The translations under genes and the position numbers were made by a program. DNA of 64,000 nucleotides from Gonapodya sp. JEL0774 (Eukaryota): the NCBI GenBank assembly GCA_027604505.1, contig JADIIX010000128.1, positions 1 to 64,000 of the forward strand, read 5' to 3'. The notes beneath the pieces are model-generated. The model saw only the letters and a list, made by a program, of their open reading frames with translations. It was not told where the DNA came from and did not search any database. Below, piece by piece: positions 43,002-55,974 of this stretch (the first letter of the stretch is position 1; every line of letters begins with the position of its first letter).

Positions 43002-46000
43002 ATGCCATCATCCGAGACCGCCAACGACCGCCTCATCGCGGCCGTGGAGGATGGCGACCTCCTTCTGGTTCACTTTGCTCTCTCCAAAGGAGCGGATCCG
43101 GACTCGGCCAGAAAGCGCATTCAGCTCTCCGTGAAGCTGGCGGCAGGGATAACGAAAAAGGACGTTCGATACGGAGAGTCGGCGCTGTGCTTGGCTATTA
43201 AAGCGGGCCGGGCGGACCTCGTGGAGGCCTTGATTGAAGCACGTGAGTGAGTCCCCCGTCCCACAGCAAACACGAACAGGATCAGCGGGAAGGGCACGAG
43301 CGTTTTCGAAGACGCTCTCAGACTATGTAAAAGCTGACTCAAAACGAAGGAGCCAGAATTTTTGCGTCGTACCTCATTGAGAATCCTCTGTGGGAGGTTT
43401 CTGCGTCCCATCACCACTTGCGAACTGAACGGGTTGGAGGATCATGCGGAGTTTTTGCCCATCTGGGAAAGCTATTGGCTCTAAGATATCGGAGACGGCA
43501 GTTTGAGGTTTCCGGTGACTGACGTCGTCTCTCTCCATGTCCGTGTGGGCCCAGGATGCGACCCCTCCCTCCCCATCACCTGGGTTCTCCCCGCTCCCCA
43601 CCAAACCTGGACCCTCGAACGATGGAACCACGACCGGTGGTTTGAAAACTCGAGCGTTCATTTCGAAACCGCGCTCGAGCTTGCCCTCGCCCGTGGGACT
43701 TTCCCGTTCAACATGACTGGGGCCAACTTGGAATTCCACAATCCAACCGAGGCAGAACACGTGCGGGTCATGGTTCCACTCAATCCAGACCTTGTGATTG
43801 TCAATGCTTTGCTGATTGCCGGAGCACGGGTCACGAGCGGCGCGAAACGCGCGGCCGCCAAGCTGACAGCCGGGATCAACAGTTGGGGGAACGAAGCGGA
43901 ACCCAGGCCGGAGTTCGAGGCTGCTTTACGTCAAAATCTCAGGGACACCCTCGGTGAAGATTATGAGGATGGTCCGTGGGATTTCTCTGACTGGGTGGAC
44001 GATTCTGTGCCTCCAACAGAATTGGAAGGGCCTGCACACATGGTGGCGAACGGACAAGCACACGAATCGTCAGCGGTGGCGGATCTTGTCTCGGTTGTCT
44101 CTCCTACGGAAGTGAAGCTGAACCCTGATCTACCTGTCGCTAATGGCCATGTTGACAGTCACTCTGATCCACCGCTACCTGATTTACCGGAGGAAGAACA
44201 TTCGATCAAAATCGCCTTTGCGACCGTTGAAGCTCAATCTGATGGAGAAGATGCTGTTACTCCGCTGGCTGACGACAAACTAGAATCGAAAACTGAACAG
44301 GAACATCACGACATGACTTTTCCTCGCGAGTTGTCCCCCCCACCTCTGCCCCACGCTCCCCACGACACCGAAGAACCGGACCAAACCGTTCAACTCCCGC
44401 CTCCAGGTCCCGCACCGTCAAGCGTTCACGGTGACGAGCATGAGCATTCATTACCACAAACTAGAGGCTCTCCACTTCCGAGTCTCCCAGATCCGGCGAA
44501 TGTTCAGAGCGAAGATATCTCCAATGAACTCCCAGAGCATGACCCGTCCGGCAGGACCGCGCAGCCAAGTGTTCCTGATTCTCAAGCAGTAGAGCAAACA
44601 CAGGACTCGCGACAGCTCTCCCTGTCCCCAGAGGGCTCGTCGAATCTCACCTCCACCGCTATCCAACACTCACCGACTCTACCTCCCATTCCCCTTCCCT
44701 CTCCCCTTCCCTCGTCCGATCCCGTCGTTCCTACTGATCAGCCGAGCATGTCACTCGCGGACGCCTTGTCTGCACCGCCCGCCCCACCGTCACTTCCCCT
44801 GCGTCTCCCGAGTGGTCTCGCTCGCGCTGCAGTAGAAGATTCACACACCTACACACCTATTCCACCCGAGCCGAGTACACCCTTTAGGCTCTCGGCGAAC
44901 TCGAACGCAGTATCTGGGCCATCTCTCTCCACACGCTCTTCGTCTTCGTTCTCTTCACAGTCGGAGCAGGTAGCTGCAGCGGCTGCGCGCATTTTTAGAG
45001 GAGACGACACTTCTGACGAAGAAGCTGACGTTGTAGCGCAAGAGTTGCCTGCACATCCGCGGAAAAATGGTGCAGCTGGTGCAAACGGCGTTGGGACCCC
45101 TGCGCCGGGCTCGCGACAGCAACAACAGCAAGTGGCGGTAACCACCTCCCCTGCCCATCGTCGTCTGCCATCTCTGCCTTCTGAGCAGGATGGCGGCGGT
45201 TCTCCCATCAGCCTCACCAATATTTTCCAGAGTCTCTTTGGATCAACTGCAGCTCCATCGGGGAAGCCAACCCAGCAACCTCAGCGACCTCCACAGTCAC
45301 AGCAGGGTATACAAAGAAGACAAACTACTGGGCCAGGATCGAGGACACCCAGGGAGCTTGCCGCTGTAGCTCCTGCTGCCTCAGTTATATCCTCGCAAGG
45401 GCAAGCCCTACCGGCGCAGCACCGAGGGGTCTCCGCCGTCTCTACTCAGCTAAACGGTGGAGTGGATTCTGCACAGCTGAGGAGACGGTTGACTGTAGCC
45501 GGACCTCCCACAAGTTTGCAGTCGAATGCCCCTCCGACTACGCGTGCTGGTCCCGCACCAACCTCTGCTGCTCCTCCAGATGTTGGGCGTGTTACACAGA
45601 CGGCGCAAGAGCACCTTGACATGCATTTAGTTACAGCTCTGACGGAACAACTCCGCACGCAATCTGCGCTCGCCTCTCGCTGCGAGATCCTTGAATCCCG
45701 CAACGAAGAACTCAGCGTACGCCTTGAGAGCGTCTTGCGGGCGTCTCGAGAGCGAGAGATGAGGACCACCGAGGCAGAGGCGAGGGCGGTGGTAGCGGAG
45801 GAGCGGATGCATTCCGCAGAGGAGAGAATGCGTGCCGCACAACGCGAGGCAGAAGATGCGCGGGAAAGAGCTGCACTCGTCGACGCGACTGCTGAAAAGC
45901 AAACGAGAAGGATTGAGAGATTGGAGTGGGAACTGGCATCAGAACGGACTCGATCGAGGGAGCTGGAGCGAGAAGGGTTTGAAGTGAAGGAGAAGCTGGC

Positions 46001-47253
46001 GGCGGCACTTCGGGACGTCGCATATGCAGGAGAGAAGGCACACAAGGCAGATAGAGAGGCCATGGCCGAACGGGCGAAGCGAATGGCAGCGGAGGGGGAC
46101 CTTACGAGGATGAGGGATGATGTAGAGGAAGCCGCAAAGCAGCTGACCGCGGAGACCGAGCACATGCGAAATGAACTGACGCGTGAAATTGCTGCCGAAC
46201 GAGAGCGATATGAGGCACTGGAGAGGGAGTTTGCTGCGTACAAAGCATCGCATCAGGCAGGGACGTTGGGAGGAGTGGTCGGGAGTCGATTGGCGGTTTC
46301 TTCGCGAGGATTAGACGACTCGTTCCAGTATGCCGAGCTTATGTCAACGGCATCGGATGAGGAACGCGATCATGACAGGATCGGTGGTCTTGCTGCGTCT
46401 GATGGAGCGGCTCTCAGGCCCCTTGTTGCTCCCTCGGAACGAGATATCACGGAGGTTGAGTTTTCCCCCTTCCCAGCACGGCGACCTGGTGCGATCCCGG
46501 GACTTCCTCCGTCTGTAGCACCGTTTGCACTTCATGCACCAACTGCTCGTGAGACACCCACGGCGGCGGCTGTGCAGCCAGTCTTCTCCCGACCGTACAT
46601 TGAGGTTCTCGCCCATACGCCAGCGCCTAACAAGGTTAGGCGCAAGCTGTACGCAGTTGCGGAGTATCGAGCGCAGCAGAAGGACGAGGTGACGCTCAGG
46701 CTAGGTGATGAGGTGTTTTGCATGTGGGAGTTCTTGGACGGATGGGGTGGTGGTGAGTTTGTACCGTGTGCGTTCGTTCTGGTGGATTAGAGTCACCAGA
46801 GGTCTGTTTTCTCTACCTACCTTGCCTTTAGGTACCAACAAAACCACAGTTCAATCGGGATACTTCCCACTCTCTGTTTTATCAGTCGATCCGCCTGTAG
46901 CGCCCACTCAACACGCCAATGTCGAACGCGAATACTTTGTCCATCCGACCACCGCTACCTCCAATGAATTCGCACATCGGTCACCCGAAACCCACGGGAT
47001 CAACCCTCGTACCGTATCCCGGACAATAGGAGGTGGATTGGATACGAATTCCAACCGCACCCACGGAATCGTGTTCCCTTCTTCCAAAGGCACCGTGCGT
47101 GTGCCACCGGGAAATGAAGACTGGGAAAGGAGAACATCTGGAGAAAATGAGGCGAGAACCGGGAGCGTGATACCTGTTGTGACGGTCACAGAGATTCTCA
47201 CCAACGGTTGGAGTAATCATGAAAGTTCGACAGATATTTACGGGCCCATGTGA
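43002..47253 (+). CDS. Atypical ankyrin-like domain + long P/S-rich region + long coiled coil + SH3 (paralog D)
   Basis: Reads LIAAVEDGD...GADPDSARKRIQL...ESALCLAIKAGRADLVEALIEA, intron, then CDPSLPITW...WTLERWNHDRWF...FETALELALARG. The SH3 reads LYAVAEYRAQQKDEVTLRLGDEVFCMWEFLDGWGG|GTNKTTVQSGYFPLSVL. Confidence 0.85.
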
Positions 47254-47826
47254 GCAGAATCAGGTGCGAGGTTCGGATGTGGACCTTTTTAAGAACCACC
47301 GAGTATCATCGTACGTATGTATGTATTGGAAGTTCAGTATTACAGGCCAGTATTTATGCAATGTACATGAACGTGTTACACTCATCAAATAAATAAGTGG
47401 ACGGTAAATCAGTTGTTAGATCCGAAGAATCGCCTAACCGCCTCGGATTCACAGTGCTCCCACGTCTCCACCTTGAGGAATATCTGAGTCAACGGGGAGA
47501 CTACAATCCGGTGCATTGTAGTGCTGTCTAGAAACTAAAGTACCCTTCTTCTATTGATCGATAACACTAAGTCTCAAAGATCGTACCCGTTGAAAACAGC
47601 CAAAAAAGAGTGAATATCAAGCACAGTATAAAATGCTGGAAGTCAATGTTTGGTGGTGGAAGGGATCCCAGATCCCCTTGGAGGGCTGGATAATTGCAGT
47701 GCCGAAAGGGTCAGGGAAGATTGAGAATCCGCGACTTATATACGAGACATCGAAAATGCTGCGTAACTTGCTGTCACCGATTCGAAGCGGCGAATTTGCT
47801 CTTTTGACTTGCCAACGTTCGCTACT

Positions 47827-50570
47827 ATGTCGAAAACCGATTCGATCAAACCCCAGTCTCAATACGAGTGAGAGCGTCGCACAATGAAATGAGCTGTCAC
47901 CACCTGGATCCGGTATCTCAAATCCGTGTTGTCCCATCTGAAAACGTCATTTATAGTGTCATCATCGTCGGTGCAGGCCCCGCAGGGTGCATGGCTGATC
48001 TGTGTCTGACGACTTACGGGTTCAGCATCTTGCACATCGATGACAGACCAGAAACAACTCGAGCTGGTCGTGCCGACGGCATTCAACCTCGTACAATTGA
48101 AGTTCTTCGTAACATTGGTGGGGTTCAACCGGAGGAGGCCAGCGCCAGTTTGGCGAAGCGTATGATCAAGCAGGGAGTGCGGTATGTTAAACGCACAACC
48201 AGGTTTTCCTTTCGAACCTCCAATGATTCAGACGGAGATATTTTTCTCAGCGTTTACGAGGGAGCTTTCTGGGATCCTACTCCAGATCAGCAGCTCGCTC
48301 GTACATCTCGTGTACGATCCTGTCCCGATTTCATCGACGTCGGGGATCCCTACACGCTCTTACTGCATCAGGGACTGATTGAACGGGCATTCTTGGATGA
48401 AATTGAGGCCGTGAGTGCTGCCCGGACTGTTTGGAAACTCGATTTTGCCTTGCCTTGTCAACCTCACCGCTGCGCACAATCCAGAGGCGAAAACATCTCC
48501 CCGCTGGAAAGAAGACGCCCGCACCCCACGGCAATGTTTTCCGCCCATACAAATTCGACACTTGCTCCACCGATGAGTCCAACTCCGACTTTCCCGTATC
48601 CGCCACTTTCCACCACGCCGAAACTGGAGAGAAGTTCGTCGTACGAGCAAAATATCTGTTGGGTCTCGACGGTGCCAAATCGCTCGTTCGTCGTGCAATT
48701 TCGGGAGGACAGGAAGGTGATGGGGAGTGGAAGGGAAAAATCCGAATGGTTGGCGACGCTTTGGATATCATTTGGGGTGTCATGGACGTGGAAGTGTGAG
48801 CTTTTTTGAACGAATTCTTCATAAATTTTCTAAATGTTCTTCAGAGACAACTTCTCCGATCTGATCCTGTCCTTCTTTGCTCCACTTTCCACAGCAAAAC
48901 GGATTTCCCCGACATCCGCGCCAAATGCCTCATCCATTCCAAAGCGGACGGATCCATCATGGTTATTCCCCGTGAAGCCGGTCTCGTCCGCCTCTACGTC
49001 CAACTACAGCAAGAGCTCGGACCGGACGGCAAGCAGAAACACTTTGGTCGAGATGCAGACGAGGCCGTTTGCAAAGCCAGGGCGCAGAAAATTTTCGAGC
49101 CGTTCAAGCTTGAGTTTGGTCGGACGGAATGGTTCTCCGTGTACCGTGGGTATGAGAGATCCTGTGGGCTTCTCCTTCTCACGATTGCATCTCCTTCTCA
49201 GAAATCGGACAACGGATCGCTTCAAAGTACACTCTCGACAACCGCGTGTTCCTCGGCGGTGACGCAACTCACACTCACTCCCCGAAAGGTGTGTGGTCGC
49301 AACTCAGATTCTTACTCTCCCAGATGTTCTGTGTGACCTACTCCCCCATTTCCCCTCGCGTCACTGACAGCCGGCCAAGGGTAAGCTCTCAATGGTTGTT
49401 GAAATTCCAAGCTGTATATTGTGTGCTGACGTGTTTTGGCACAGCATGAACATTTCCATGCTTGACATGTACTCCCTCGCATGGAAGATCAACTTGGTTG
49501 AGAAGGGTCTCTCTGACCGAAATATCCTCTATCCTACGTACGAGCAAGAACGAAAAGGCGTTGCTGAGGAACTCCTCGCTTTCGACAAGGCCTACTCCCA
49601 GCTCTTCTCGGGCCGCCCAGCATCTTTGGAAAATATGACCAAGAACAAAGTTGGGGCCGTTGACCCGGAATTGTTCATCGAGATGTTCAAGAAGAACAGC
49701 TTTTTCACGTCGGGCTGTGGTGCAGTTTACTTCGCAAACGTGCTGAACGCACTTCCGGACTCAACGCTGGTCAAGGGGTATCCAAAGAAGAACGTATTCA
49801 ACCCGGAGGGCACCAAGTTGGTTGTTGGACAGAGGCTCTTACCGAGCAAAGTCACTCGTGCGATAGACGCGAATCATGTCAACATTGAGCAGGAAGTCAA
49901 GATGAACGGCGCTTTCCGGTGGGTTGTTGATTGTCCGACTTTGTCTTCCCTCACTCGTAGATTTATATTTCGCTTTCTCTCCAGAATCCACGTGGTTGCG
50001 GGGAACTACGTCAACGCCCTTCCTCGCTTGGCCGCTTTGGACAAGTTCCTCGACTCACCCAAGTCCTTTTTGAACCTCTACCGCCCCAAGCCTGGTGTCA
50101 AAGCAGCAATAGTCTACAATACCCACAGTGATCAACATATTGAGCCAGAGCGGTCGACCCGATCCCCGAACTATAACCCTTTCTTCGACTTCCTTTACAT
50201 CTTGGCGACACCGCATACTGAGTGGGATGTGAGATCCTCGACTTGTTGTTTGATGTTGTTCACAACTCTACTGGGACCAACCGTGGCGGTTTTCTTGAAC
50301 ATATAGATCCGAGACCTCCCCTACAACACCCGCATCTACCGTGAAAATATCTACTCCGACGAGCTGTTTGATCGTCGTGTTGGAAAGGACGTGCAGGCGC
50401 CACTTCACTCCAAGTGGGGTGTTTCGACCGAGCGTGGTGGAATCGTTGTTGTGAGGCCAGACGGATACGTGGGAGCCGTTGTCTCGCTGGACAGTGATGG
50501 CTTTGAAGCCCTCAATGCATACTTTGCTGGATTTTTGACACCCACGGCGGCCATCACCCACAAATTATGA
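47827..50570 (+). CDS. FAD-dependent phenol 2-monooxygenase-like protein, multi-exon
   Basis: Reads [24 protein letters not shown], with [83 protein letters not shown] and C-terminal [10 protein letters not shown]. Confidence 0.92.
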
Positions 50571-51100
50571 GTATGTTGGGTGCCACGGACAATTTAGATT
50601 CAATATCATATCTCTGCTGTCTGCGGTCGATATGTATGATGATGCCTTGTTTTACGAATTTGACGAAGATGCATATTATCCTGCCACATGAAGGACGACT
50701 TATCTCACTTCTAGATTGTTTTGCGCTTGTGTCAGAACCTATCTGCTTTGGATTTCCCGAAGAGTTACGCATTTTAACCTGCAGGTTCGAGTGGCTACCA
50801 ATTTGCCCGTTTTTGGATCACCGCCTGATCGCCCCGTCTTTGAAAGAAAGTATGGTTCAAAAGCAGTATTACATGAGATTCGGAACATTTTGATGTCTTG
50901 GATATTCTTATTTGCCGAGTGCCACGTGGCTTGCAGGGAGGTTTGTGTTTGCTCGTCTCGGTGCCATACACGGCACTTGCAAGCAATCAGAACTTTGACA
51001 TATACCCGGCGTGCGATTTTGAGCTCTTATACCTTTGCGGATTGTTCTGTTATTTCTATTCCCTCATTACCCCGTTTGGTACCCCTTTGGTCGAGAAAGA

Positions 51101-52845
51101 ATGAGCTTCGATCCGTCACGGTTATTGATTGACGCATGCGAGCGCGCTGATTCAACAACCGTACGCTCTCTGCTTAAAAATGGAGCAAATCCGAACGCTA
51201 GGAAAAGGATAATTTTGACGGCATCAGTACGCGACTACAATGTGCGAGGAGGCGAATGTTCTATAAAATCAGACGTGGCAGAGGGGGAGCACGCAATCGT
51301 ACTCGCCATCATCACAGGAAACGTGGACTGCCTGCGCGCTTTGCTCGATGCCGGAGCGGACCCGAACACTCAGCCAACTTGGCCCATCGCTAATTCGTGG
51401 AAGGCAAATGGAAAATGGTCGAACTGGAGTCTCGAGGCTTGGACGGAACGCAGATGGTACTTTTTATTCTCATTTCCGGATTTAATATCTCTTGCTATGG
51501 CGTACGGGGGCTCTGTTACATGCTGGGGGGGTTCCAAAGCGATCTCGTGGCAAAACGACATCAACACCGCATGCAGAATCCGGGTCAACAAACGTGGCGC
51601 CATCGAACAAGGTCTTGGACAATCGACCTTAGCAAATCCTCGATGTCATGCTGACGTATGTGAGGTCGTGCAACTCAAGCCTAATATCGACATGGTTCAC
51701 CTTCTCCTGTCCTACGGAGCCTACACCACTGAAACCGCACTGGTCGCCGCACGAGCATCACTGGACCCAGCTCTCCTTACACTCCTTGAAAATCACACCC
51801 CTTTTCCTGCTAAGTTGTCACCCGTCTCCTCACCACTGGCCATCACAACCGAGTCGACCTCCACGCTCCGCTCAGTTGGCTCAACAAACTTTGCGGCCGT
51901 TTCGTCTTCTACATCACGTCCACTGGAATCATTGACCGAAACGTTGCTGGCCCGTATTGCTTCTCTTGAAAGCGACAACGCGACTCTTCTGGCAAAACTT
52001 GCAGTGTACACTAGCCCCACCGTTGCCGCAACTGCTGTTCCTGTGGCTACCCAGAATGTAAGTTGACCTTCTGAACGAGAATATGGGAAATGACGGAGGA
52101 TAGCGATTGCACGTGCAAAAAGTTCTGCGAGGGTGAAACCCACAATCGATTCACTCCCTGTGCAGCCCCTCCCCTGGCTTCGCTCTATCAATCGACTTAT
52201 TTTTCAACCCGTTATATGCCTTGCTTTTGCATTAGGTTCCGACCCACCCCATTTTTCCCTCTCGCCCGAACCCCCTTCCAGAGGCAGTTCCTGTCGGTGC
52301 CCTCATGTTCGCTCACACTCCTCGAACTGCGCAAAGCGACGACGAAATTGATGTGGCGAATGAGGATAGAATTTTTGTAGAGGTGGCGCACGGGAGCGGG
52401 TGGGGCAGTGTGAGTTATTCATGGTTACGTTCTCGCTGTTGGTGTCCCGTCGGAAGAGACTGACTCCGGGACCATAATGCACCGATCTCAGGGCCTTAAT
52501 ACTACGACTGGACTCACGGGTTTATTCCCGTTCTCGATCCTCGCCGCAAACCCACCGAAAACAGTGTCATCGCCGAGCTCAACAGCAACATCGACCATCG
52601 CTCCTGCCACCACCACTAAAACCTCTTCGGTGGGCGTACCCGGCAGTTCAGCGAGTCTTTCGTCTACTGGCATCAGTTTTTCACCTGCCGCCGCGACCAC
52701 GACCTCGGCCGTTTCGATTGCCACCGCCACCGCCACCGTTGCAGGGGACACCGAATCCGATTCTACCGATACACAACCGGAATGGGGGTTTGGTTTGCTG
52801 ACTGCGGCAGTCAAAGGAGCGGTTCGGAGCTGGGGCTGGTTGTGA
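51101..52845 (+). CDS. Atypical ankyrin-like domain + short coiled coil + degenerate SH3 (paralog E)
   Basis: Reads LLIDACERAD...LLKNGANPNARKRIIL...EHAIVLAIITGNVDCLRALLDAGADPN...WPI..SW...WS..AW..RRW. The SH3-like part reads MFAHTPRTAQSDDEIDVANEDRIFVEVAHGSGWGS|GLNTTTGLTGLFPFSIL. Confidence 0.82.
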
Positions 52846-53150
52846 GCTCCACCTCCAAGGTTGTCCTGGGTCATTGAGGGGACTTTCCTGAGTGAGGACG
52901 GTTCGAGTGGACTCGTGTTACGCGTGCGACAACACGTGACGAAGGTGGTGATGGGAAGTGCGATGTGGTTTTATTGGACGCTTGGCGTTTAATGATGCTG
53001 AACAGGTTCTTGAACGCTCCTCGGTCCCATGTACGATTCTTTGGAGTTTGCGAAACATCCTTCCTGGTTTTCGAGGATGGGAATCTCGGAAAGTGGATAC
53101 CAAATCAAAAAGATGCGACTTATGTGAAGCTGCTATCCTCTCCCCCTGTC

Positions 53151-53174
53151 TGTTATTGTTGTTGTTGTTGTTGT
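53151..53174 (+). repeat. (TGT)n microsatellite
   Basis: tgttattgttgttgttgttgttgt. Confidence 0.7.
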
Positions 53175-53594
53175 TTTCGTTTTGCCTTCCCCTGCGCTTT
53201 TGCCCGGGCCGTTTTTTGTTTTGCTTTCGTTAGGCCATAATTTCCTCGTATCTCCATTGCCTATCATATCCCCCTGCCACCTATTGAACATAGACAGTCC
53301 CAGTCGCGCAAGTCCGCACTGGTTAAGTTTTGGTTTAGAAGATGGCCTCTGAGAAGGCGCTGTGATAAATAATTATAGAAATGGAATTAACGACACGGCA
53401 ACTCCGTCTTCGATAGATTCTGAACTGCCTTGTCTGGTATATCCATATCGAGAATTTATGATCTGCAGGCTTTTTCCTGAGGACCCTTGTTTCAGTAGGC
53501 CGCCACACCATGCAAACTTGAAAATTGGTCATCGGTGGCGAGCGGACGCATTGCTGGCATAAAATTACAAAGCGTTGCCTCGAAAAGCGAAGCC

Positions 53595-55974
53595 ATGACG
53601 GGTGAATGGAGCTCGTGGCGACGGCGGGTGGGAATTTTCCTGGCTTTTGCCACTTGGGCAGTTCCCACGTTGGCCGAGCCACGGGGCACCCCGAGAGAAA
53701 ATCGCCCAAATTTGGTGACGTACGAAAAGCAGGATTTGGATGTTCTAGAAAACCGGAGGATGTACGCCCGAGCACCGTGTGCAGCGTTGTACTATCAATG
53801 CGGGAACGGCCAGGCAACCTGGACTGGCCCAACGTGCTGCCAGTCTGGATCCACATGTATAATGCAAAATCCGTACTATTACCAATGCGTGGTGAGTTCC
53901 AATTTGTTCGGTGGACACACAGCCCCCGAACAGTGCGAGTTTCTTGTTGTATTTGGGCAGAACTGTCGCTCACAGCATTGTCCGCATTGCACGGCTGCAG
54001 GCCGGTAGTGGCGGCTCAACCTCGTGTATGCCACTCTATGGACAGTGCGGGGGTATTGGCTGGACTGGCGCAACTTGCTGCGCTGCTGGTTCCACCTGCC
54101 GCGTTCAGGATGCCTATTATTCGCAATGCGTGGTGGGCAAAAACAGTGGGATCACCTGTTGAAGATGACTTTTTGACTCCCGATTGTATTCTCGGCCAGG
54201 CCTCGACTAGTCCTCCACCTGCGCCACGTGAGTTTCACGTATTCACTTTGATGTTGATTTCTTTGCTCATTCGTTGAGATGCAGCCCCTCCTCCGCAACA
54301 AGCGTCGCGAGCCCCCCCAGCACCGGGGGCCGCCGACCGCGACCGCACCACCCGCGCCCGCGGGCGGCGCCGACCGCCGCGCCCGCCCCCGACACGCGGG
54401 CCCNNNNNNNNNNCCCCCTCCTCCCCCTCCGCCTCCGCCTCCGCCACCGCCCCCCTCTCCTCCTCCTGCGATTCCTCCTCCATCTCCACCCGTCACCCCA
54501 CCGCCACCTCCATCTGCCGTACCTCCACCTCCTCCCGGAGCAGAATCTTCCTCGTCGCCAGCTCTCTCCGCAAGTTCTCCTGTCGCCACTGGGATAACGG
54601 GAGGCTCACCGCCTGCAAACACAGCAGCCTCGGGTGTCCCGCCACCGCCAGGCGCAACGATCACGCCTCCTCCCGATGCTGTCACGGCCGCTCCTCCTAC
54701 GAGCACTGCTGCAGCTGATACCACAGAAACCGACGACGCGGGTTTATCGGCTCACTTCCGGAGCACAAGTACCACCGCAGCGGGTGTCGTTGCCTCCGCT
54801 GCCGGTCTTAACCGCGCCGGTGGAACTGGGACGACCACGCAATCAACCCAGGCTACCGGCAAAACGCAAACTGTTGTTGGAACGCCGTCAGATGGGAGCT
54901 CGGTGCCATGGGCGGCTGTAGGAGGAGGAATTGCCGCGGCGGTTTTGATCGTAGCGGTGGTGGTGGGTTTGGTTGTGAGAAGAAAGCGCAGCAAAGGTGA
55001 GTAAGTGTGGTCAGATTGGGGCTGATGTAGGGTCGCGGTCTTTGAGACAGGAGGAAGCTGAGGATGACACAGTCCCTCACTACAATGTGAAGTGAGAGGC
55101 GAGCCAAGGTCTGCATTTGTGCGCGATTACCGCCATACGAGGCTTGTAAAGTGCCCACCCAAGGGGCGGTGAATACTTTGACTGTCCGTAGTATTGTTAG
55201 TCGGTGCTCCTTTGCTTGTTGCATCGCCCTCAAAAGGTGACATGTCCTTTTGGTATTGACTGCCCCGTCTGCTTTCCTCCAATTTGGCCATAATGTTCCT
55301 TTTGGCTCCTTCCTATCCCATTATTCTCAGAGCAATCGCGTCTATTCTTAGCTGGTGATGGGGACGTTGGAGACCCGTCTCACCCCCATTACCGTCGTTC
55401 AATGTCCCATGTGTCGGATATGTCCTCAAAGAGTCAGGATTTACTCATCGCTGCACGCGGACAAAGTCGCAGCGCCTCCTCGAGCAAAAAACATAAGGGC
55501 GGTAACGGTTCACCGTCCTTCAACTCCTCCATCGCCTACCCTCCAACATTTCACTTACCATCCCCAGAACCCGCTGTCTCGCTCACTTCGGCAGAGCAGC
55601 CGGGTTTCCGCCTTCACCACAACGTGAGCGTCTCCACGTTCAACCCTCCCAGTACTTCTTCGTACGGGGGCAACGCAGCGGATTCGTCTTCATTCAACAG
55701 CAGTGAATACATTGTGACGAGCGGAGCTTCTCGAAGTGACTGGTCACCACCTAATGTTTTGGGATACGCACCATCTGGTCCTTCCACTATTGCCTCCCTT
55801 GACACGCGGCCTTCCGTGGACGTTGCTGGGCCACCGGGTCACTTTTCAGAAGCGGCACATCGACCATACAGCGATCCGGCTTTACAGTTGACAGATGTGT
55901 TTGAGCGTTTGGAATCACATATGAATCCTAATGCAGCTGGAAGAGATCAGGGGAAAGCCAAGAGGAGGCGTTGA
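53595..55974 (+). CDS. Type I membrane protein: signal peptide, 2x CBM1, Pro/Ser/Thr stalk, TM helix, cytoplasmic tail
   Basis: Signal-like [19 protein letters not shown]1 #1 is [33 protein letters not shown] and CBM1 #2 is [31 protein letters not shown]. These are followed by a poly-Pro stalk (10-N gap at 54404-54413), the TM segment [25 protein letters not shown] and a Ser-rich tail exon at about 55331-55974. Confidence 0.82.

Noticed and set aside
45446..46243. Long antisense ORF, and similar ones at 12788-13483 and 54152-54724
   Set aside because: These are shadow ORFs of GC-rich coiled-coil or low-complexity coding sequence on the opposite strand.
54320..54413. Extremely GC-rich stretch beside the 10-N gap as a distinct element
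   Set aside because: It is most likely low-quality sequence in a poly-Pro coding tract at a contig end.
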